DNA of 64,000 nt from Pseudomonadales bacterium. GTDB lineage: Bacteria; Pseudomonadota; Gammaproteobacteria; Pseudomonadales; Azotimanducaceae. Shown here piece after piece: positions 26,483 to 35,095 of the stretch. Positions within the stretch are counted from its first letter, which is position 1, and the number at the start of each line of letters is the position of its first letter. The translations under genes were made by a program, and so were the position numbers. Location: positions 3,520,183-3,584,182 of the forward strand of contig OZ254080.1 of assembly GCA_965267485.1 (NCBI GenBank). The letters run 5' to 3'. Under the pieces are notes generated by a model that saw only the letters and a program-made list of their open reading frames with translations, was not told the origin of the DNA and searched no databases.

Positions 26483-27078
26483 GCGACCAGAGCGATCTGT
26501 TCGGCCATCTTCAGTCCCTGCTCCAGCAGGGCAAGGATCCTGACGATCATGATGCCGACATCTTCGAGCGGTACGGCCAGACCGTTGCCGTCATGGTCAT
26601 CGATTCAGTGGGGTTTTCCCGCGTTGCCGAGCGCAGCGGTATCCTGTACTTCCTCTCGCGCATGATTCGCGTACGTGACTCCATCGAGCCGGCCCTCCAT
26701 GCACACGGCGCCTCGATGGTCCGGTTCGAGGCCGACAATGCCTATGCCGCATTCGATCACGTCGATGCCGCCATCGAAGCTGCCCACGCCGTGCACCAGC
26801 AAATTGCCGATGCCGGCATCATGCTGAGTGAAGACGAACCGTACCGCGTCTGTATCGGCATCGGCTATGGCACGTTGCTTCACGCCGGCCACGAGGGCTA
26901 TTTCGGCCATGAGATGAATCTGGCTTCAAAGCTTGGCGAGGACATCGCCGAGGGTGCAGAGACGCTGATTACCCTCGATGCACATCGCGCCGCCAGCCCG
27001 TCTCTCACCGCAGGGTTCACAGACCAGCGCGTGAACGTCTCTGGCATCGAACTGCAGTACGCCCGCAAACGGCACTGA
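26479..27078 (+). CDS. Stand-alone class III nucleotidyl-cyclase-homology domain protein
   Basis: Motifs VMVIDSVGFS, EADNAYAAF, RVCIGIGYG and GHEMNLASKL. The ATGA overlaps the SBP stop. No TM segment or signal peptide. Confidence 0.6.
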   Translation: MSDQSDLFGHLQSLLQQGKDPDDHDADIFERYGQTVAVMVIDSVGFSRVAERSGILYFLSRMIRVRDSIEPALHAHGASMVRFEADNAYAAFDHVDAAIEAAHAVHQQIADAGIMLSEDEPYRVCIGIGYGTLLHAGHEGYFGHEMNLASKLGEDIAEGAETLITLDAHRAASPSLTAGFTDQRVNVSGIELQYARKRH

Positions 27079-27100
27079 ACCCACAGAACCGAGGCACTCC

Positions 27101-27910
27101 ATGAAAACAGCGCTCACCCTAATGATCGGCCTGCTCGCGCTCACCAACCCGGCCCTGGCTGCCGACGACATCGTGACCGCGACCGGCGCCGGTATCGCCG
27201 ACGGGACGCGCTTTCCCTCCGCCATGCAAGCAAAGATGCTGTCCCGCCGCGCCGCCATGGCAGATGCCCAGCGCAACCTGCTAGAGATCATCAACGGTGT
27301 GCAGGTGACCTCCGGCACCACGGTCGAGAACATGATGGTGACCTCGGACAAGGTCGGGACCCGCGTCAGGGGCGCTGTGCAGGGCGCCTGGGTGATCGAC
27401 GAGAGCACGATGGAAGATCAGGGCAGCTGGGTGACCGAGATCACGCTCGGCATGTGCATGAACCGCAAGGCACCGGAATGCCGGCAGAAACCGACGCTGC
27501 AGCAGGCCATCGCCGCATCGATTGCCGAAGCCGAGGAAGTCACGCCGTTTGAGGCGGCAACCCCAGGTGCGGAGCCGGCTTCCGGGCTGATCGTCGACGT
27601 CAGCGGGGTCGGCTTCTCGCCTTTCCTGGACGTTCGCATTCGAAATCAGGGCGGCCAGGAGCTCTATGGCCCTTCGCTCGTTTCGATCGGCGACGGCACG
27701 GATTGGCTCAACTTTGCACCATCAGTTGATCAGGCCAGAGGCATGACCGCGCTCGTAGGCGAGTCGCCGCTGCTGGTGTCCGCCGAACGGGTCGAGGACG
27801 GCTACATCGTCGTCGTCTCCGATGATGATGCATCGCGAATACACGGCAGCAACCAGGCCGGCGACGCGTATCTGGCGCAGGGTAAAGTCGTTTTCGTGAT
27901 GGCGCGATGA
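27101..27910 (+). CDS. Exported LPP20-like protein, paralog 1 (N-terminal LPP20-like domain + shared C-terminal domain)
   Basis: Signal peptide ...NPALA. Motif AKMLSRRAAMADAQRNLLEIINGVQVTSGTTVENMM...VRGAVQGA, with C-terminal SGLIVDVSG... Confidence 0.62.
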   Translation: MKTALTLMIGLLALTNPALAADDIVTATGAGIADGTRFPSAMQAKMLSRRAAMADAQRNLLEIINGVQVTSGTTVENMMVTSDKVGTRVRGAVQGAWVIDESTMEDQGSWVTEITLGMCMNRKAPECRQKPTLQQAIAASIAEAEEVTPFEAATPGAEPASGLIVDVSGVGFSPFLDVRIRNQGGQELYGPSLVSIGDGTDWLNFAPSVDQARGMTALVGESPLLVSAERVEDGYIVVVSDDDASRIHGSNQAGDAYLAQGKVVFVMAR

Positions 27911-29121
27911 AACGCCTGCTGCCGGCGCTCATCGCAACGTCCCTCTGCGGCCTCACGCACGCACAATCGCCCGACGACCTGTTCGAGGCGCTCGACCGTG
28001 AACTCGAAGCCGAGTTCCAGGCAACCGACGCCGAACTGGAACGGCAGTTCCAGGCGCTGGACAAGGCCCTCAAGGAAGCATTCGAACGCGCCGAGGGTGA
28101 AGTCGCCGGCAAGTGGGGGCAGCAGGAAGCCGAACTGCCCAGCAAGAAGCGCTGGGCCGATTACTCCGAGGATCTGCAGGCACGGCGAATCATCGACTTC
28201 GAGGCCGGCGAGATTCGCATCGACATCCTTGCCGACGACATCGAGCCCGCCAGTCTCGCATCGCTGCTGAGCGAATCGGCGATCTCGCTGCAGAGCGCCA
28301 CCCAGGCCGATCTTTCGGAACGCGATCTCGTCCTGGGCTATGCGAAGCAGACCTTGGCCGAGCAGGCCATCCCGCTCGATACCTACGCCCCGGAACGCCA
28401 GAACCCGATCGTCGGGCAGGTCATGGGCGCCGTCCCCGACAGAACCGACATCGAAGCTGGCCTGACGGCAGTCGCAGGCGGCGGCAGCGTCGCCGGGCTT
28501 GATATTGCCCCGCTCGCGAACGGCAAGCAAAAGGTCTCGCTGACAATACCACTGAGGCTGGGCTTCGAGAGTACGCTGGCTTCCCGCTATCGTGGCAGCG
28601 TATTGAAAGAGTCGGCGCGGTACGATCTCGACCCCAGCCTGCTCTACGCAATCATCGAGACCGAGAGCAGCTTCAATCCACGCGCCAGATCACCCGTGCC
28701 GGCGTTCGGACTCATGCAACTCGTGCCGAAGTCTGGCGGCATGGATGCGTATCAGCATGTCTACGGCGAGAAGCTCCTGCTCGACCCCGAGTACCTCTAC
28801 CAGCCACACCAGAATGTCGAACTCGGCGCGGCCTACCTCGACGTGCTCAACTCCCGCTACCTGCGGCTCATCACCAATGAGACGAGCCGACTGCTGTGCA
28901 CGATCGCGGCCTACAATACCGGCGCCGGTAACGTGGCCCGCGCCTTCACCGGCAAGACCAACGTCGCAGAGGCGGCGCGGATCATCAACGGCATGACGCC
29001 GGAGGCGGTCTACGAGCACCTCAAGGCGCATCTTCCCTACGAGGAAACGCGCAATTATATTCAGAAGGTCACACGGGCACAGGACAAATACGCACCCCTG
29101 GATGCCCGGGCGAGGAGATAA
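27907..29121 (+). CDS. MltC-like membrane-bound lytic murein transglycosylase
   Basis: Catalytic motif IIETESSFNP plus GLMQLVP and AAYNTGAGNV. The long N-terminal domain is as in MltC. The ATGA overlaps the upstream gene. Confidence 0.83.
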   Translation: MKRLLPALIATSLCGLTHAQSPDDLFEALDRELEAEFQATDAELERQFQALDKALKEAFERAEGEVAGKWGQQEAELPSKKRWADYSEDLQARRIIDFEAGEIRIDILADDIEPASLASLLSESAISLQSATQADLSERDLVLGYAKQTLAEQAIPLDTYAPERQNPIVGQVMGAVPDRTDIEAGLTAVAGGGSVAGLDIAPLANGKQKVSLTIPLRLGFESTLASRYRGSVLKESARYDLDPSLLYAIIETESSFNPRARSPVPAFGLMQLVPKSGGMDAYQHVYGEKLLLDPEYLYQPHQNVELGAAYLDVLNSRYLRLITNETSRLLCTIAAYNTGAGNVARAFTGKTNVAEAARIINGMTPEAVYEHLKAHLPYEETRNYIQKVTRAQDKYAPLDARARR

Positions 29122-29123
29122 CC

Positions 29124-30140
29124 ATGATCAAGTTTCAACGACTGATACTGATGCTGATCGCGGGCTGTGCGGCAGCCACGGTGCAGGCCGAGGACGTCAT
29201 CCAGTCGCTGCCGGGCGGAGAGATCAACTGGACCGAAGGGGTCGTTTACGCCGACGGCTACGGTACTGCGTCACCGGACATTACGCTCGCGGCCCAGCGC
29301 CGCCTGCTGAGCCGTCGGGCCGCTGTGGTTGATGCCCAGCGCAACCTGCTCGAGATCACCAAAGGCGTGCGCCTGACCTCGATGACGAAGGTCAGCGACA
29401 TGATGGTGGCGAACGATACGACGGCAACGCGCGTGCGCGGCGTTGTGAAAGGCGCTGTCGTGGTCAAGGAGAACTACCAGAACGACATCTACAGCGTCAC
29501 GATGATGATGCCGGTGGGCGGCAAACTGATGCAGGCCGTGCTCGACAAGGATCAGATGACCGCCGATATCGAACGCCCGTCACTGTTTGGCATTGATGCC
29601 TGGGACGTCGCTGCTGCCGTCGACAGCCTGCTCGCCGCGGTGATCGCGCCGGTTCAGGCGGCCACCAACCTCACGCTCCAGAACCAGCAGGAAGCCGACA
29701 CGGTTCGCAGGATTCTGGGCTGGCTCCAATCGTCCGGGGCGGATGATGTCGAGGGCGCGCTCAGGGATTCGGTCAACCGCTTCGAACAGGGCGCGCGCTT
29801 CTCGGGACTGCTGGTCGACGCCTCACAGGTCAACAGCTTCGAAATCGCCGCGGTACCAACGATCCGCGACGAAGAAGGCAATATCGTCTACCCCAACGAC
29901 AGCACGTCGTTTGGCGATATCGTCGAGAAACGGGGGGTCACCTACGATCTCGATCTCGACGACGCCATCCGCAACGACCGCGTCGCCACGTCACCCTTCG
30001 TCGTCAATGCCGTCGGCACCTACAAAAACCAGTTCTCTGATCTCGTCATCAGCAAGGCGGACGCCCAGCGGATTGCCGAGAGCGCCAGCACGCTCGATGC
30101 CATGCAGCGGGCCGGTGTGCTGATTGTGATCGGGATCTAG
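29124..30140 (+). CDS. LPP20-like lipoprotein, paralog 2
   Basis: Lipobox LIAGC. Motif AAQRRLLSRRAAVVDAQRNLLEITKGVRLTSMTKVSDMM...VRGVVKGA, with C-terminal SGLLVDAS... Confidence 0.62.
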   Translation: MIKFQRLILMLIAGCAAATVQAEDVIQSLPGGEINWTEGVVYADGYGTASPDITLAAQRRLLSRRAAVVDAQRNLLEITKGVRLTSMTKVSDMMVANDTTATRVRGVVKGAVVVKENYQNDIYSVTMMMPVGGKLMQAVLDKDQMTADIERPSLFGIDAWDVAAAVDSLLAAVIAPVQAATNLTLQNQQEADTVRRILGWLQSSGADDVEGALRDSVNRFEQGARFSGLLVDASQVNSFEIAAVPTIRDEEGNIVYPNDSTSFGDIVEKRGVTYDLDLDDAIRNDRVATSPFVVNAVGTYKNQFSDLVISKADAQRIAESASTLDAMQRAGVLIVIGI

Positions 30141-30394
30141 CCCGCATATCTCACCGATTCGCTGCGTTCTCAATGAACACCGCGCCATCCGGTATGTTTG
30201 TCGAGGAGTCGGACGGCTCAGTCTGTAAACTCGAATCGCTTGCCTGAATCTCGCTTGTCTTGGCGGCTCGTGAGCGCACATGCTCGCTGTGGCGTGTTCT
30301 CGACGGGCGCGCCCGAGCGACGCCTCCGCTCGCGAGCACGCTCACAAGCCACCAATCCTGCGCGATATTTCAGGCAATCGGTGAGATATGCGGG
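30141..30394. mobile_element. MITE (254 bp) with 19-bp terminal inverted repeats, flanked by direct CTAG
   Basis: IR-L 30141-30159 (CCCGCATATCTCACCGATT) is a perfect inverted match to IR-R 30376-30394. CTAG lies at 30137-30140 and 30395-30398. No credible ORF inside. Confidence 0.7.
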
Positions 30395-31267
30395 CTAGAG
30401 CGCGTCTGCGCGCGGGCCCGTGGTAATCGTCAGATCGGCCTCGGCAAACTCGGCGACGCCCGGCCGGCTCATATTCGAGTCCTTGATACCAATCTCGATG
30501 CCGCGCGTTTTCGCGGCGACCTGCTCGATGCCATCGTTGACCAGATAAACATCCCTTCCGACCGGTGTCATATCAATGTTGCCGAGCTGTTCGGTGCTCG
30601 CATACAGAATCAGCTTCTCCTCGCCGAAGGGTTCCGTGACCGTCAGCTCGAAGCGATCCTCACCGGTGGGCACCTCGAACATCGTGCCACCCTGGAAGTA
30701 GTTGTCGCGCCGGTGCTGGTTCGGCAGCAGCTGAATGTTGTTCCCCTTTGCGTCGACATACACGAGCCGCGCGTAGAAAGGCTTGTTGCCACGCAAGAAG
30801 ACCTTCATCTTGTCCCCTTCGACGAACGCGCCCTCACCCGAGTTCACCCAGAGCTCGACATTGAGCGGCAGGCGCGGGTCCATCTTCATCTCACCGGTCT
30901 CCACCCGCTGCATCGGTGCAGCCGCCGGAATCACTTCGGCCTTGATTCGCAGCTTGACGCAGAGATCGACGGGCCCGTTCTGCGCCCAGTTCTTCTCGAG
31001 GATATCGAGCAGCCTGACCTCCGCCTGTGTGAACGCCTCAACGAGATCGTTCTTCAGCTCGAAGTTCTCGACAATCGTCGTGCTGCTGATGTGTGATGAC
31101 GTGTACTCCACTGCCATGCGCTTGGCAGATTCCAGCGCAACCTGCTCGGTTTGCTTTCTGGATTTGTCTTCACCCATGCAGGATTCGCCGTCAGCCTCGG
31201 TGATCGAAGACTGGGCGGCGAATGCATGACCACTTGCAAGTAGCGCCAGCAGCAGCAGAAATCTCAT
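30395..31267 (-). CDS. Exported DUF4384-domain protein with LPP20-like N-terminal region
   Basis: Signal peptide ...GHAFA. DUF4384-like segment VELWVNSGEGAFVEGDKMKVFLRGNKPFYARLVYVDAKGNNIQLLPN...EPFGEEKLILYAS. Confidence 0.6.
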   Translation of the reverse strand: MRFLLLLALLASGHAFAAQSSITEADGESCMGEDKSRKQTEQVALESAKRMAVEYTSSHISSTTIVENFELKNDLVEAFTQAEVRLLDILEKNWAQNGPVDLCVKLRIKAEVIPAAAPMQRVETGEMKMDPRLPLNVELWVNSGEGAFVEGDKMKVFLRGNKPFYARLVYVDAKGNNIQLLPNQHRRDNYFQGGTMFEVPTGEDRFELTVTEPFGEEKLILYASTEQLGNIDMTPVGRDVYLVNDGIEQVAAKTRGIEIGIKDSNMSRPGVAEFAEADLTITTGPRADAL

Positions 31268-31276
31268 GTCAACCTC

Positions 31277-32236
31277 CTAGAGAACGATGATCACGCCCGC
31301 ATCGTCGAGAAAACCCTCCCCGACCAGCTTTGCGAGACGCTCGGAAGATTCGGTATTCAGCACGATCTCGGTTCGCGTATCGCCAAAGGTACGCAGGCCT
31401 TTCAGCACCAGCGGCCGCTCACCGACGATCGGGTGGGTTCGCGCCGTTTCGAGATCGCGCGTGAACAGGGACACCAGCTGCCCACGATCGCGCCTGGCAA
31501 TCTCGTGGGATCGAGACGGATACAGGATACCGGCGCGCAACTCTCGAATGCGAGGCGACATGGACGGAATGAAGTTGCTCCCCCGGGCATCGAGCACAAG
31601 ACCGGTAGGCGTCGTATCGGCAACCGCGGCCCGGCCCGGGTTTGCGGCGATCAGCGACTCGATCGTCGAGATGCGGCTCGAAAGTCGGTCGAAAGCCGTC
31701 TGCCAGGCGGGCGCGTCGGCGGCGCTGGCCTTTGGCACCAGCAGTTCGAGCGCGTAGGCGATCCATGCCGCCGGCAGTTCGACCGCCGACAGTGCCTGCT
31801 CCTCTTCCGGGAATACCTCGTCATAAACCGTCGATGCGAACTGTCCGGACAAGGGTGCGGTTACCGTGACACGGCACGTGCCGTCATCCGCCGGCGTGCG
31901 CTCGACGATCTGTGCACCGCGAAGCACGCCTTCAACGGTTGTCTTGATGACGTCGCTGTCGACCATCATGTTCTTGACCAGCGTCGTACCCTGTACGCGA
32001 ACGCCCTGCATCGACTCGAGCAGGTTTCGCTGCGCATCGACGACCGCGGCGCGGCACGCGAGCAAGGACGCCACCGCCGCTGGCGTACCCTCGGGCGGAA
32101 TGCCTGCCCCCTCCGCCCGCGCCTGGGCGGCCGTCCAGTTGACGCCACTGTTGGCACCAACCCATTCAACGAACTCCTCGGCTGAGGCGAATCCCGCGCC
32201 GAGCAGGCAGATTGTCAGAACTAACGATCGAATCAT
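31277..32236 (-). CDS. Exported LPP20-like protein, paralog 3
   Basis: Signal peptide ...GFASA. Motif LLACRAAVVDAQRNLLESMQGVRVQGTTLVKNMM...VEGVLRGA, with C-terminal TGLVLDARG... The start overlaps the upstream stop by 4 nt. Confidence 0.62.
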   Translation of the reverse strand: MIRSLVLTICLLGAGFASAEEFVEWVGANSGVNWTAAQARAEGAGIPPEGTPAAVASLLACRAAVVDAQRNLLESMQGVRVQGTTLVKNMMVDSDVIKTTVEGVLRGAQIVERTPADDGTCRVTVTAPLSGQFASTVYDEVFPEEEQALSAVELPAAWIAYALELLVPKASAADAPAWQTAFDRLSSRISTIESLIAANPGRAAVADTTPTGLVLDARGSNFIPSMSPRIRELRAGILYPSRSHEIARRDRGQLVSLFTRDLETARTHPIVGERPLVLKGLRTFGDTRTEIVLNTESSERLAKLVGEGFLDDAGVIIVL

Positions 32237-34092
32237 GGCGAATCTCCGAGCAGCGCATCACCGAGCACGGTCATGTTCGAAGCCGGCGGCTCGAACGTGT
32301 TGTTGGTCAGGTTGACCTGGTAGCTGGATCCGTTCTGCAGGTGAAAGGGTTGATTGGCGACGAACTCGTTGCCAACGAAGACGGGCTGCGCCTGCCCCTC
32401 AATGACAACGCCGGAAGAACCCGCGGCGGCAATCCGGCTGTCCCGGATCGTGGGCCGGGCTGATCCGCTGATGGTCACGGCACTGAAGCGGTTGTTCTCG
32501 AACGTACATGACTCGACCAGCGGGCGGCCGGCGAGAATCTGCAGCGGCAGACCGCCGCCGGTGAAATCGATGCCGCGAAGCGTCACCGGTCGCTCCGTCT
32601 GCAACACGAGAAATTCACTGTAGGTCTGGCCGGCAGCATCATTCACGCGAACCGGCAGGCTCCGATCACCGAACACATGCAATTCACCGAGAACGGTCAA
32701 CGTGCCGCTGGATCCAACTCGAAGCTCGACGCCAGGGTCGATCAACAATACCCCGTCCGTTGCGATGCGTGTCGGCACCGACACCGCGTACGGGCTGTCT
32801 GCCTCTGTCAGGCGCCGTACGCCCGAGATCACTTCCGGCATGGCTCCCTTCACGACGGCGGCGCGGCCAAATCGGGGGTCGGGCGCGGCAATCGACTGTA
32901 CGACAACAGCTTCACTCTCGTTGCCGGCCCGGTCGACGGCACGTATCGCCAGCGTTTGCGGGCGGAAGTTCGTGAGCCCGGTCACGAGCGCCGTCTCGTC
33001 CATCACGGACATCGAGCTGAGCGCCTGCCCCAGCCGCGACTCGAGGCGCGATACTTCATAGGCTTCAACGTCGGAATCCGCCGGGCCCTGCCATTCGACC
33101 TCGATCGCGCCGTCCTTCGACAACGTCGTCACATGGGTGACCGCTGCAGGAGCAACGTTATCGACATTGAGTAGTCCGTAGGGTGAGATCCAGCTCGTCA
33201 CCTGTCCGAAGCTGTCCTGGAGCCGGCCGGTCACGACGGCATCCTCGAGATTCAGATCGCGGGGGATGACGGTGCTGCCGGTATACTGCCCCGGCGCGAC
33301 TTCCTCGAGATCAACAACCTCGTCACCCACGAGAGCGGCTGCCGTCATGTTGGCATCGCCCTCTATGGCGATCTCAAGTGTATCCCCGTATTTCAGGTAC
33401 TGGCCCGCGCCAGAGTGCACGACGTCGATGATCGCGGGTTTTTCTCGCTGCCCGAGCACCGCCGGCTGTGGAAACTCCTTGACGAGATCGCGGCCGAGAT
33501 CGTCCGCCGCCCGATACAGGTTGACGTCGCCGTAGAGATGCCGCGCCGAGGCCAGCGCATTCATGATGATGCCAACCGGATTGGTCGAAACACCACCGGC
33601 GTGACTGCGCCGCACATCTTCCACTGACCAGATCACGTCGCCGCTCGCATTGTAGAAAGTCAGCTCGACGCCAACCGCAATCTGCGCGTAGATCCCGGCG
33701 AACGTCTTGTTGAAGTGCGTGATGTTGCCAACGACGACGCCATCGACGCCGAGCAGTTCCATCGCCTGCGCAGGCGAGAGCGAGGATGGATCATCAATGC
33801 CCGCGAGCGCCAGCCGGTTGTCAACGTCTCGCCAGTGCAGCCAGCGGTAATTGGTGGTCGAGAAGTGGTTCGACAACGTGCGACGTACCGCCTCGAAGGC
33901 GAACTCGCTGTCCGTCTCGTTGGCGAACGGCATGATCGCAACGGTGGACGGCAGATTCTGCGCTGCCCGAACCTGCTCGATCTGCTCCCCGGACTGCACC
34001 GCCGGCGCAGCAGTCACCGTCGAATCGGTGGAGACAGCGCAGCCGCTGAGCAGCCAGAGCAGCAGGCAGATGACGATCTTATTGTTGTTCAT
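32233..34092 (-). CDS. Lipoprotein fusing a DUF799/GNA1162-like domain, Ig/FN3-like domains and a right-handed beta-helix
   Basis: Lipobox LLSGC. Motif VAIMPFANETDSEF...GVDGVVVGNITHF, then an FN3-like segment (IEVEWQGPADSDVEAYEV), then C-terminal parallel beta-helix repeats. ATG at 34092 was chosen. Confidence 0.6.
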   Translation of the reverse strand: MNNNKIVICLLLWLLSGCAVSTDSTVTAAPAVQSGEQIEQVRAAQNLPSTVAIMPFANETDSEFAFEAVRRTLSNHFSTTNYRWLHWRDVDNRLALAGIDDPSSLSPAQAMELLGVDGVVVGNITHFNKTFAGIYAQIAVGVELTFYNASGDVIWSVEDVRRSHAGGVSTNPVGIIMNALASARHLYGDVNLYRAADDLGRDLVKEFPQPAVLGQREKPAIIDVVHSGAGQYLKYGDTLEIAIEGDANMTAAALVGDEVVDLEEVAPGQYTGSTVIPRDLNLEDAVVTGRLQDSFGQVTSWISPYGLLNVDNVAPAAVTHVTTLSKDGAIEVEWQGPADSDVEAYEVSRLESRLGQALSSMSVMDETALVTGLTNFRPQTLAIRAVDRAGNESEAVVVQSIAAPDPRFGRAAVVKGAMPEVISGVRRLTEADSPYAVSVPTRIATDGVLLIDPGVELRVGSSGTLTVLGELHVFGDRSLPVRVNDAAGQTYSEFLVLQTERPVTLRGIDFTGGGLPLQILAGRPLVESCTFENNRFSAVTISGSARPTIRDSRIAAAGSSGVVIEGQAQPVFVGNEFVANQPFHLQNGSSYQVNLTNNTFEPPASNMTVLGDALLGDSP

Positions 34093-35095
34093 TGGTGACC
34101 TCTGTCGGTTCAGGATTCTGGCGGTAAACCTCGTCGTCGTAGGCATGCCGCGGCGGGCCCACGGTGACCGTTGGCGCGATGGTCTCGCCCCCGAACAGCC
34201 ACGAGCGGTTCATCTGGTCGGTCAGCTGGGTCATGCTCTGAAGCGCAAGGTCCACCGAAATCAGCGTAATCGGCAGCTGGCGAATGGCCGGCGCCGACTC
34301 GCGCATCAGCGTTTCGGCCTCGGCAAGCGTCAGGGAGGCCTGGTGAGTCAGCGTGACGGTATTCTCGAGCGTCGCCTGCAGGTCGTCATCGGTGTTGGCA
34401 ATCAACTCGTTGATGCCGGCCATGCTCCCCTGCAGGCTCGTCAGACTCGTCTCCACTGACGCCACCATGCCGGGCAGCGTCCGGCTGACTTCGGCAAGGC
34501 TCGCCGTGACGGTCTCGAGATTGTCGATGCTTCTGTAGATCTTGTCCTGATTCTGGTTCATGCCGCGGGTGATCTCCTCGACGTTGGCAACGATCTCGGT
34601 CACCTGGTCGGTGAGCATGATGATGTCGATCTCCTCGAGGATCGAACTGATGCCCTTCGGCGTATCGGCAGGGATGAATGTACCCGGGTCCATCACGCCG
34701 TTGTCCTGGTTCGCCGGCTGGAAGATCAGGCCGCTGCCGGTCAGCAGCGTCGAGACGCCGAGCTCCGTGTCGACGGCGAGCCGGCTGCCTTCGGCGTAGA
34801 ACGGCTGATAGGCCGGAGACAGTTTGAAGTCGACGCGCACCATGCCCTCGGTCGTCATGCTGACGGCGGTGACATTGCCGATCGGGACGCCGCGCATCGA
34901 AACGGATGCCTCAACGCCAATGCCGTAGGTCTGGTCGAGTACCGTGTAGAAAGGAATGCCCTCTTCGGCATTCAGGCGATGCACGAAGGGAATCAGAAAA
35001 CCGATAAGAAAGAGGAGCAATGCACCAATCACGAACAGCCCGACGACGCGATCTCGCGCACCGACCTCGAAGGGCGTGTGACCGGTCGCCGTCAT
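34079..35095 (-). CDS. MlaD/MCE-family protein with long C-terminal helical extension
   Basis: N-terminal TM segment and MCE core (VSMRGVPIGNVTAV). Confidence 0.8.
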   Translation of the reverse strand: MTATGHTPFEVGARDRVVGLFVIGALLLFLIGFLIPFVHRLNAEEGIPFYTVLDQTYGIGVEASVSMRGVPIGNVTAVSMTTEGMVRVDFKLSPAYQPFYAEGSRLAVDTELGVSTLLTGSGLIFQPANQDNGVMDPGTFIPADTPKGISSILEEIDIIMLTDQVTEIVANVEEITRGMNQNQDKIYRSIDNLETVTASLAEVSRTLPGMVASVETSLTSLQGSMAGINELIANTDDDLQATLENTVTLTHQASLTLAEAETLMRESAPAIRQLPITLISVDLALQSMTQLTDQMNRSWLFGGETIAPTVTVGPPRHAYDDEVYRQNPEPTEVTNEQQ

